A stretch of DNA of 64,000 nucleotides, from the NCBI GenBank assembly GCA_019058445.1, contig JAHPZA010000006.1, forward strand, positions 128,001 through 192,000, given 5' to 3'. The notes below the pieces were generated by a model, which had not been told where the DNA came from, searched no databases, and saw nothing but the letters and a program-made list of their open reading frames with translations. Position 1 is the stretch's first letter. Each line of letters begins with the position of its first letter. Below, one piece after another: positions 54,603-62,688 of this stretch. This DNA is from Promethearchaeota archaeon (GTDB lineage: Archaea; Asgardarchaeota; Lokiarchaeia; Sigyniarchaeales; SOKP01). Position numbers and translations under genes: made by a program.

Positions 54603-55082
54603 TCATCCACCTCCCACCGGTTCAAAACCCGCAATATCGTTGGGATGACCTTTAACATTTTTCGCCCATACAACTTTCACCTTCATCCCTTCTTTTAGAG
54701 AATCTGGACTTATGTTTATGATCGGCGCTATTATGCCTGTATCAGCTCCATCAATTTGAATCAATCCCACCATAATGGGTTCCTTTGCCTTTCTTGCTCT
54801 ACGCTCTGTAACATTATAATTAGATACTGTGAAATTTTTTAGTACTCCATTTTCAGGTAATTCCACGAATTCCTCAGCCTTAGCAAAACAGTCACCACAT
54901 CGATTTCTTGGTGGCAAAAACACACGCTGGCACTTGGAACATTTGCTGCCTATAAATTGTTTGTTTTGCAAACCGTCATAGAATTTATCCATTACAATTC
55001 CTACCCAAAAATCAAACTCAGCACGCACCATGCCTCGTTTCACATAAACATCTTGTTCATCTTCAAGATTTAATTTTGAAAT
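54603..55082 (-). CDS. DUF35 Zn-ribbon/OB-fold protein (probable ATT start)
   Basis: CSKC..PPRNRCGDC and DGAD. The frame extends upstream of the GTG at 55043 to an ATT 6 nt after GGGTGA. Confidence 0.85.
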   Translation of the reverse strand: MSKLNLEDEQDVYVKRGMVRAEFDFWVGIVMDKFYDGLQNKQFIGSKCSKCQRVFLPPRNRCGDCFAKAEEFVELPENGVLKNFTVSNYNVTERRARKAKEPIMVGLIQIDGADTGIIAPIINISPDSLKEGMKVKVVWAKNVKGHPNDIAGFEPVGGG

Positions 55083-55267
55083 CGTTCTTCACCCAATATT
55101 TTTTTTTTAGTTTTAATTTAAATTTTAATTATTAATTAATTGGATATCATTATAAATATAAGTTTCAATAAGATATTCAAAAATTTTCAATTACTTAGTT
55201 TGCGAATTGTCAGTAAAAAAGAGAGAAAAAAATAAATTCGCTTTGCTCTTCTAGGAACGTAAATTCT

Positions 55268-55384
55268 TTAAGGAGAACCCTCGCCACAACCTGGAATACT
55301 GACTCCAGCGCTGGCAAGACTCAGTCCATAAGCTAAGGTAAGCATGACCGCTAAAGCGACAATAGTTTTTTTGTGAACATTCAT
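55268..55384 (-). CDS. small secreted peptide precursor, 38 aa: MNVHKKTIVALAVMLTLAYGLSLASA|GVSIPGCGEGSP
   Basis: Higher-GC patch in an AT-rich spacer; AGGT 7 nt before ATG; n/h/c signal peptide ending A-S-A; T-tracts downstream. Below the ORF-track size cutoff. Confidence 0.7.
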   Translation of the reverse strand: MNVHKKTIVALAVMLTLAYGLSLASAGVSIPGCGEGSP

Positions 55385-55493
55385 TTTAGTAACCTACTTA
55401 GAGTTTATAATCATTCGATATTACAAGTAGTATTTACTAATTTATATCCGCTTATTTAAATAACACGAATTTAGAAATTTAGCGAATTAAAAT

Positions 55494-56540
55494 TTATAAT
55501 AATTTTTTCAAAACCACACCTATTTTTTTGATAGCATATTGAATATCATCTTCATTGATTCCGTAATGGGTGACAAAACGAATTCTATGCTTATCGATAT
55601 TAAAGGCCATAACCCCCTCATTGCCGAGAGTTCGTACGACTTTCCCGATTCGAATACCTTCAGGCACAGATATTATCAAAATATTTGTATCAGGGTTTAA
55701 AATTTTTACAGATGAATTAAAACTTGCAATTCCCTCGGCAAGTAATTTCGCATTTTTATGATCCTCTTCGAGTCTTTGAATCCATTTTGGTTCGAGAGCA
55801 ACCAAACCAAATGAGGCAATGATTCCAGCTTGTCTCATGCCTCCTCCTACCATTTTTCTATATTTTCTTGCTTCCGAGATAAAACTTTTAGAACCTGCGA
55901 CTAAAGATCCAACGGGGCACGAAAGTCCCTTTGATAGGCAAAACATAAGGCTATCAACATGCTTAGTGATTTCGGTAACATTCACGCCTAGCCCGATAGC
56001 CGCATTAAATACTCTTGCGCCATCCAAATGGAATTTTAAACCATTTTTGTCTGCAAATTGCTTCATTTCTCTTAAAACTTCAGGTTTAATTATCGCTCCT
56101 CCATGATAGTTATGCGTGTTTTCAGAAGTTAGTAGAGTTATCTTTTGTTCTTTAGCTCTGTTTTTATCGATTATATTTTGAAGCTCATCAATAGAAGGAG
56201 CGCCCCTATTAGAAGAATAGAGATTAACCTTTAATTCTGCAATTTTCGTAGCGCTACTTAATTCATTTTGGTAAATATGACATTGCTCTTCAATTAGGAT
56301 TTCTTCACCACGATTGGTATGAGATAGCATTGCGACGAGGTTAGCTTGTGTACCAGATGTAACATACACCGCCGTTTCCTTTCCGACTATTTTTGCTGCT
56401 TTCTCTTCCAATTTATTAACACTCGGGTCTTCTCCAAAGACATCATCCCCAATGTGTGAATTATCTAAAGATTTGAGCATTTCCCACATTTCAGGAGATG
56501 GTTTTGTAAACGTATCAGACCGCAAATCGACTACTTTCAT
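55494..56540 (-). CDS. ltaE: low-specificity L-threonine aldolase
   Basis: DLRSDT, GDDVFGEDP, SGTQAN, ENTHN, HLDGARVFNA and CLSKGLSCPVGS motifs. Confidence 0.93.
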   Translation of the reverse strand: MKVVDLRSDTFTKPSPEMWEMLKSLDNSHIGDDVFGEDPSVNKLEEKAAKIVGKETAVYVTSGTQANLVAMLSHTNRGEEILIEEQCHIYQNELSSATKIAELKVNLYSSNRGAPSIDELQNIIDKNRAKEQKITLLTSENTHNYHGGAIIKPEVLREMKQFADKNGLKFHLDGARVFNAAIGLGVNVTEITKHVDSLMFCLSKGLSCPVGSLVAGSKSFISEARKYRKMVGGGMRQAGIIASFGLVALEPKWIQRLEEDHKNAKLLAEGIASFNSSVKILNPDTNILIISVPEGIRIGKVVRTLGNEGVMAFNIDKHRIRFVTHYGINEDDIQYAIKKIGVVLKKLL

Positions 56541-56590
56541 ATAGTATCCCAATAAATAATCCTTAAGTGAGCTATAAAGTGAATAAAGGA

Positions 56591-57175
56591 TTAAAAATTA
56601 TATGATGGCAAAAACTCATAGAGTACATCTTCTTCTAAATTTAAAAGAAATTCAGGGGAAATTGTTTTGAGAGGTATTTTTTCTGTCCTTGTAAGGGTAA
56701 TTTTTTCGGTGTCTAACGCTCCATCATACCAATGCTTTAAAAGCCCGATTCTTGAGATTTTTTTGGTATTTAGTAAGCTACGAAGAAAATCCAGCCATCT
56801 CTTTGTTTCATTTTCTTTTTCCTTAGGAGTAAGTTTTTTCCTTAATGTTGAAGAACCTTCCCTTTGCAGTTTTTCTTTTATCCATTGATCAATTTGCTCA
56901 TCCGTCCATTTTTTCTTTTTTAAGTTGCGCACTTTTTGAGAATTAAGTAAATTTTGATATTCCTGTAGATTATTTGAAGACCCTAAAACAGTATCACAGT
57001 CGCAATAGTCTTTTGTTGCTCGCAAATATAGCTCTCCAGAACGAAGCTGAGACAGAATGGATTCATTCTCTATAGGATTAAAGGCCATGTTATATTCATT
57101 AAATATATTGTCTAATTCTTCTAACACAACGCCTTTAGGAAGGGTTGCAGTTATATAAAAACACATATTAACCAT
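56591..57175 (-). CDS. hypothetical protein (MC...CDC motif)
   Basis: 194-aa ORF overlapping the upstream gene's stop. Confidence 0.7.
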   Translation of the reverse strand: MVNMCFYITATLPKGVVLEELDNIFNEYNMAFNPIENESILSQLRSGELYLRATKDYCDCDTVLGSSNNLQEYQNLLNSQKVRNLKKKKWTDEQIDQWIKEKLQREGSSTLRKKLTPKEKENETKRWLDFLRSLLNTKKISRIGLLKHWYDGALDTEKITLTRTEKIPLKTISPEFLLNLEEDVLYEFLPSYNF

Positions 57176-57584
57176 TAATTTTACTAGATATTTTACTTTT
57201 TCTTAATTTTTGATAGAGGCAGCGAAGGTTTTTCGCAGAATTTAAATCGGTAGGATCTAGCTCTAAGACCCGGTTATATGCCTCTTCAGCTCTTTTATAA
57301 TCCCCTTTATCATAATAAATAATCGCAAGGCGCCTCCATACGGTTGGGTTGAAATTAGACTTTAATGCTTGCTCATATTCATTTTGATCTAAAAGGATTC
57401 TCTTAACATCACGTCTTACTAATTTGGTATAGCAGCCACAGCAATAAAACTGTAGAGAAGGATGATTCCAGAGCTTTTTTAATTTAATTTCGTCAAAAAC
57501 TTGATTTACTTCTTTAAATTCATCAAAATTCAATAGTTTTTTACAGGCCCAACAATATTTTTTAGAGATAATCATCTTCAACAA
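57168..57584 (-). CDS. small Zn-finger (CWAC...CCGC) plus TPR protein
   Basis: CxxC and CCxC pairs followed by one TPR (WRRLAIIYYDKGDYKRAEEAYNRVLELDP). Confidence 0.75.
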   Translation of the reverse strand: MLKMIISKKYCWACKKLLNFDEFKEVNQVFDEIKLKKLWNHPSLQFYCCGCYTKLVRRDVKRILLDQNEYEQALKSNFNPTVWRRLAIIYYDKGDYKRAEEAYNRVLELDPTDLNSAKNLRCLYQKLRKSKISSKING

Positions 57585-57644
57585 TAATTAATCAGTGATT
57601 ATAAGATGATAATTCCTTTATATAACATCTTAGTAATGTGAACT

Positions 57645-58826
57645 TTATTTCTGAAATTTTTCCTTAATCGCTTTTTGTTCTTCCCGGGCTTTAAATGGTT
57701 TAGAGGGTTTAGACATATCGAGTGTGCTATCGCACGCCCAACATACGTTTTCCAAATTAGTTAAAGCATTATAACATCTTTCACAATATGAAGTTTTACA
57801 ATTTCTGCAAACAAAGTTAATTCCTATAACTTCCCCCTTACATACCAAGCATATCTTTTTTTCTTTTGAGACAATTACTTCTTCTTCGGTTAATTTTTGA
57901 GGTCTAGTAAAACCTTTAAAGATATCTTCTGGTTCCTTTTCCATTGTTTTCTCAAAGGATACTCTTGAAATAGTGCTTTTAGCCTTTTTCATTTGAACGA
58001 TCCCAAATATTATTAGTATAGAGTATAATGGGATAAATAATAGAATATAAAATTTGGTAGAAACCGGAATAGGGGTGGAGATTAAACTTAAAATAACAAA
58101 TATCATTGACCCATGAAAAAGAATAAGAATTATCCAATGAAAAACTGAATTTAATCTAATAAAGGTATCTAGTTTAATAAAGAGTGGTATAAGAAGTAAT
58201 GTTCCGCAAACGAGCATTACCGTTGGTATAATAGAAGGATGAATTCCGATGTAATATACAGTACTTATAAAAATAAAGGAAGAAAAACCAAAATTAGAGC
58301 CAGTTATAATAAACACTGAAATAATTCTAAGTTCTCTGCTTGATTTAATAGAAAGCTTTATACCAGCATAATTAATTATGTATACATTAAAAAGGAAGGC
58401 AATTGCTATGAAAGTTGAGTCTACAATCATAAAATATAAACCAATCATATTGATTACTGATAATAAATATTTTGTAGATTTAAAGACTCGCTCAAATAGA
58501 AATACGAAAATTGTTGCTCCTATTACCCAGCTCAGTGAGGCAAGATGAAAAAAAATATTCGAGAACATACTCTCATCTGCAATTGCATAAAAACTATGTC
58601 CGACATAATGGCCCTCTACGAAATAAATTGCTAAAAAATAAAAAATGAAATTTAATGTTATCGCAAATATAAACATCATCCCAAATCCATATAATATTAA
58701 TTTTTCATTACGATTCTCATTCTTATAAGCCCGATTCAAGTAAAGTAAGCCTATTAATAGCGTCATAAATATTACTATTATCCACAATGCTCGTTCTAAA
58801 GGATCAAATATTAAAGCTTCGTTCAT
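57645..58826 (-). CDS. multi-pass membrane protein with C-terminal 8-Cys RING-like zinc finger
   Basis: About nine TM helices, then FTRPQKLTEEEV..SKEKKICLVC..CRNC..YCERC..CWAC. Confidence 0.8.
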   Translation of the reverse strand: MNEALIFDPLERALWIIVIFMTLLIGLLYLNRAYKNENRNEKLILYGFGMMFIFAITLNFIFYFLAIYFVEGHYVGHSFYAIADESMFSNIFFHLASLSWVIGATIFVFLFERVFKSTKYLLSVINMIGLYFMIVDSTFIAIAFLFNVYIINYAGIKLSIKSSRELRIISVFIITGSNFGFSSFIFISTVYYIGIHPSIIPTVMLVCGTLLLIPLFIKLDTFIRLNSVFHWIILILFHGSMIFVILSLISTPIPVSTKFYILLFIPLYSILIIFGIVQMKKAKSTISRVSFEKTMEKEPEDIFKGFTRPQKLTEEEVIVSKEKKICLVCKGEVIGINFVCRNCKTSYCERCYNALTNLENVCWACDSTLDMSKPSKPFKAREEQKAIKEKFQK

Positions 58827-59076
58827 TTGGCATCAACATTAAATTTCTAATAAATATTAATCTACATAAATGTAATTAATAGTATTCTTAGGAATTTTTA
58901 ATTTATAAATTTTAATTTTGTTTAGTCGTGAAGGAATATTCTAAAAATCTAATTGAGATAATCTTTTTTTCAATTAATAGAATAACTTCTAGAACTAAAA
59001 TAGAAAACATATCAAATTATATGTCATTTTCTATGAAATTATCTCAATAAAGAGAATAAAATAAAAAAAATAGTAA

Positions 59077-59445
59077 TTAAGTTTTAATAATGATTGTAAT
59101 TGCTCTCGTAAGACGGATAACGTCCATAACTTTTCCTTGCTCTACGATGATTTGTTCTCGACTTATTGCGTGGGTAAAATCTCCTTTTCCTTCACATATT
59201 CGTACGATAGCATTCGGATCTCCAGACATAACAATCTCTGCATTTGGGAGTGTTCCATCCACAATTTTTCCTTTCTTCTCCTTAATTTCTAAATAAAAGG
59301 GATCTTCATTCTCCAGATTAAATTGAAAAGTCATATCCCAGTTTACATCCTTGCCAGCAACGTTAGTAACAAATACCGTTTGTGCCTTAGGATTTCCATT
59401 TAAACCTTCAATAACTTTTGTTAAATTTTCTTTTGCAGCTCCCAT
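59077..59445 (-). CDS. SCP2 sterol/lipid-binding domain protein
   Basis: 122 aa; FQFNL....FYLEIK.......G....AEIVM..D.....I..G pattern; operonic with DUF35 and thiolase. Confidence 0.75.
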   Translation of the reverse strand: MGAAKENLTKVIEGLNGNPKAQTVFVTNVAGKDVNWDMTFQFNLENEDPFYLEIKEKKGKIVDGTLPNAEIVMSGDPNAIVRICEGKGDFTHAISREQIIVEQGKVMDVIRLTRAITIIIKT

Positions 59446-59447
59446 TT

Positions 59448-59951
59448 TTAAGCACCTCCCTCGTATTCTGGTTTAGCAATCCATCTTTCATACTCATCTT
59501 CAGGTACAAAAAAGAAATCCGTCATTTTACCTTCTCTGTTTTTGGAAAATACCGCTTTAACTCTTCGTCCTTTTTTAACTTTTGAGGGAACTAGATTTTC
59601 TGAAAATATTCCTTGAAATAAAGCAGTGTCAGCTCCATCTAATTTTATAAAACCTATAGAATAGGGTACCGATTTTATAAACGCAGAAGTTGTATACCAA
59701 ACGATAGTGCTAACCTCAATCGTTCCTGTTTGTTTCATTTCAATCCATTCGGTAGGCGAATAACATTCTGAGCAATTAATTCTTGGAGGCATCCATATTT
59801 TCCCGCAATTTGAATTAGTGCATTTAGTTCCTAACAACTTTTTATTGTTCATGACCTCAATAAAGAACTTAGATTGTCCTCCCATCGTGTATTTATAGTT
59901 AATTTTAATTATATCCCTTATTTCATGTGATTGAAAATCTTGCTTGCTCAT
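59448..59951 (-). CDS. DUF35 Zn-ribbon/OB-fold protein
   Basis: GTKC....C..PPRINCSEC and KLDGAD; ATGA overlap with the thiolase stop. Confidence 0.9.
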   Translation of the reverse strand: MSKQDFQSHEIRDIIKINYKYTMGGQSKFFIEVMNNKKLLGTKCTNSNCGKIWMPPRINCSECYSPTEWIEMKQTGTIEVSTIVWYTTSAFIKSVPYSIGFIKLDGADTALFQGIFSENLVPSKVKKGRRVKAVFSKNREGKMTDFFFVPEDEYERWIAKPEYEGGA

Positions 59952-61275
59952 GGTTGTTTCAATCCCTCCTCATTCGTCATTACAATAATCGCAGCATATG
60001 CTGCTCCAGGACCTCCAATTGAGTGCGCTATAGCCCTGCCTTTTTCAATTGTTACTTGGTGCTTACCAGCATCTTCTCGAAGTTGTAGTGCTGCTTCTCC
60101 TGTGCTCATAATCCCTGTAGCACCTACAGCGTGACCGCATCCAATCAATCCTCCTGATGGGCAACATGGTACTTCACCATTAATCCATGGCCCTTCTCCT
60201 GGTTTTTCAAAGCTATTTTCAATCCAAGGACCTCCTTCTCCAAAAGGAACAAATCCCAATTCTTCATACGATATAACCTCTTGCCCGCTAAATGCATCAT
60301 GCAGTTCTGCTAAGTCAACTTGTTGCTTTATTTTATTATAATCAAGTCCTGCCATTTTATAAGCTACTTTAGCTGCATTAATATTTGAATATAATCTTCC
60401 CATATCTTCTCTATTACCTATAAAACAGTCAGTATTCGCCGCACCTACACCCGTAATCCAAATTGGTTTTTCAATACCTAATTCCTTAACTTTTTCTTCT
60501 GGTGCTAGAATTAAGGCCGCTGATGCTTCTGAGTAAAGACAACAATCTAACATTTTAAAAGGATAACAAATAATCCTCGAATTCAAGACATCTTCAATTG
60601 TTAAATCCATCGGAGACTGCGCTTTAGGATTAAGCATTGCGTTTCCATGGTTTTTAACGCTAACAATAGCCAAAATTAACTAAACGTTAAAATTTTAAGC
60701 CATATGCTCTTCAGTTGGATTTCCAAATTCCTCAAAATGAGCATTAACCATAGAAACGTAAGAACTAGCTGCCATCATCCCCATAGGATACTCATAAGTC
60801 AAATCTGCTGAATATGCGATGGCATTGAGCACTTCTGGTGTTGTTGTACCTGTTTAAACTTATTAGGGATATCCTAATTGATTTGTTCATCGTAACAATC
60901 GTTACATTTTTCCAGACCAAGACATAGGCATAGGTCTGACAACCCAGAAGCAACTTCAGCATAAGCCATCCTTACAGTATAGCCGCCTGTAGCACCTCCT
61001 GAGGCAATCCGGGTACCTGGCTTATCATTCATCCCGATGTAACTATTAGTAAAAATATCCGGCATGAATTGCCGTTCAAACAGCTCGTTATAAATCCCAT
61101 ACACTGTTGATTCCAAGTCTTTGTGCGTAATTTGTGCTCCGTTCTTATTGGCATCGTCAAGCGCCAATTTTGTCGCGTCATAAGCCAGCTCAAAATAGGT
61201 CTTATCCAAATATCTTGCTCTAAAAGGTGTTATTCCTACACCTATTATCGCTACTTTTCTCACTTTATTTTTCAC
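59948..61275 (-). CDS. thiolase-fold protein (no canonical Cys), 422 aa after removal of two introns; join(complement(60883..61275),complement(60696..60853),complement(59948..60665))
   Basis: Exon 1 has KVAIIGVG, ASGGATGG and EK. The hidden middle exon reads TGTTTPEVLNAIAYSADLTYEYPMGMMAASSYVSMVNAHFEEFGNPTEEHMA. Exon 3 has VSVKNH, ELHDAF and GHAVGATG. Confidence 0.88.
60666..60695 (-). other. BHB-type intron, 30 nt (thiolase intron 2)
   Basis: mRNA: AU GGCU UA^A AAUUUUAAC GUUUA GUUAAUUUU GGCU AU^U GU. The unspliced frame has UAA (spanning the 5' junction) and UAG; the spliced sequence reads EHMAYVSVKNH. Confidence 0.75.
60854..60882 (-). other. BHB/BHL-type intron, 29 nt (thiolase intron 1)
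   Basis: mRNA: GAAC AA^A UCA AUUAGG AUAUC CCUAAU AA GUUU AA^A CAGG. Removal fixes both a stop and a frameshift; the spliced sequence reads DCYDEQTGTTTPEV. Confidence 0.8.
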
Positions 61276-61354
61276 TCAATATTTTTTAGATTTTTTTGAA
61301 TATATTATAGATATAGATTTAATTTGTCTTTAATCATATTTTAAAATTGTTAAT
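61190..61354. repeat. repeat copy 1: native thiolase 5' end plus upstream promoter region
   Basis: TAGGTCTTATC..AAATATCTTGCTCTAAAAGGTGTTATTCCTACACCTATTATCGCTACTTTTCTCAC ... ATATAGATTTAAT ... ATATTTTAAAATTGTTAAT. Confidence 0.85.
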
Positions 61355-61475
61355 CTTAATTTTGAATTATTAGGTTTGATTCAATAAGAATAGTATAAAT
61401 AATTTTTATATATTAACATAAGTTTTAGATTACTATGGATAATCCAGTTATTATATTTTAAAAAGAGACTTTTCT

Positions 61476-62144
61476 ATGGAAAACTCGGGTGATCAATATT
61501 CCGTTAAATATTCTGTTAAATATATTCTTATTCATTTTGGCTTAATATTAACAATAATTGTTGTTTTATATATAATAAGTGATATTTATCGATGGGGGCT
61601 GGATCCATACCAATTCTTAGGTTATGCTTTTTTATCAACTTTGGCTTTAGTTATCTTATTCGTTGGTATTTATCATATTCACGCTGAAAGAAATAAAATA
61701 GATTTCTTCGAAATTACATCCCCTAAAACTTTTATCAATATAATTTTAAGAAAAAGTTGGCTATTTGCAATTATTTGCATTCCAGTTGGAATATTTTTTA
61801 TATCAATCAATTTATTATCAAGTTTTTTATTTGGTTTCGAGCTTATTCGGTTATCATATGATCTGTGGTTCTTCATCATTTTAATTACTGGAATAATGGA
61901 ATTAATAAACGGTTGTCTTATATTAAAATTCAAGTCGTTCAATGTTAATTTAAATATTATTGCTTATTTATTGAATATATTAACATTGCTTTGGTACCTT
62001 ATTATATGTGGTTTTGGGATGCTATTTTATTCATTATTAGTATTTTTTCATTTCTTTTTTGTAGTACTGATTTATCAATTTATATTTAGTGTTTTGAAAA
62101 TTCTCAAAAATAAGGATCTTCTTAATAATTTTTCATTATTATAA
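61476..62144 (+). CDS. multi-pass membrane protein; in-frame zinc ribbon lies just past the stop (to 62228)
   Basis: About six TM helices. After TAA at 62142 the frame continues ICKNCGYKSLGPFEICSNCRIKQNKEN*. Confidence 0.65.
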   Translation: MENSGDQYSVKYSVKYILIHFGLILTIIVVLYIISDIYRWGLDPYQFLGYAFLSTLALVILFVGIYHIHAERNKIDFFEITSPKTFINIILRKSWLFAIICIPVGIFFISINLLSSFLFGFELIRLSYDLWFFIILITGIMELINGCLILKFKSFNVNLNIIAYLLNILTLLWYLIICGFGMLFYSLLVFFHFFFVVLIYQFIFSVLKILKNKDLLNNFSLL

Positions 62145-62257
62145 ATTTGTAAAAACTGTGGATATAAATCATTGGGTCCTTTTGAAATCTGTTCCAATTG
62201 CAGGATTAAACAAAATAAAGAAAATTAAACAAAAGTAGTAAAGTAAGATAAATCATT

Positions 62258-62418
62258 TCAAATTAGGTCTTATCTAAATATCTTGCTCTAAAAGGTGTTA
62301 TTCCTACACCTATTATCGCTACTTTTCTCACGTTTTTTCACTTAATTTTATTCGTATTTTTTTATATATTATAAATATAGATTTAATGTTTATTTGCTAA
62401 TATTTTAAAATTGTTAAT
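62258..62418. repeat. repeat copy 2: near-identical orphan copy of thiolase 5' end plus promoter
   Basis: About 74 nt nearly identical to 61190-61263, followed by a diverged promoter block. Confidence 0.85.
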
Positions 62419-62688
62419 ATTTCCTCAAATGATGGTTTATTAATTATAAGTAGAAATTTAGAACGATTGGAATAAAATGTAAATTATGAATAATCCGCGT
62501 TTTAATTTGTCTTGAATTGTATTTCAAAATGTTAAAATGTCTTAAAGTATGAATTTCAAATAAGTAAAAATCTTATTTTATATAACTAAATGTTTAATAA
62601 TAGCAAAATAGATAAGAATAAATATAAATGCACAAAAAAATTGTTCTTTCTAAATTGCTACTAAGAGAAATTACGATCAGTAAAAGAT

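Noticed and set aside
55200-55390. GC-richer intergenic patch as a tRNA or other ncRNA
   Set aside because: No cloverleaf or recognisable RNA motif; it is explained by the 38-aa signal-peptide ORF.
60180-60245. Extra ~7 aa in the thiolase (GEGGPWIENSFEKPGEGPWING) as a hidden in-frame intron
   Set aside because: No frame-preserving BHB fold was found; it looks like a short protein-level duplication.
59948-61275. Thiolase as an ordinary pseudogene or sequencing-error split
   Set aside because: The lesions are discrete structured 29-30 nt inserts rather than point indels; the exons and operon partners are intact.
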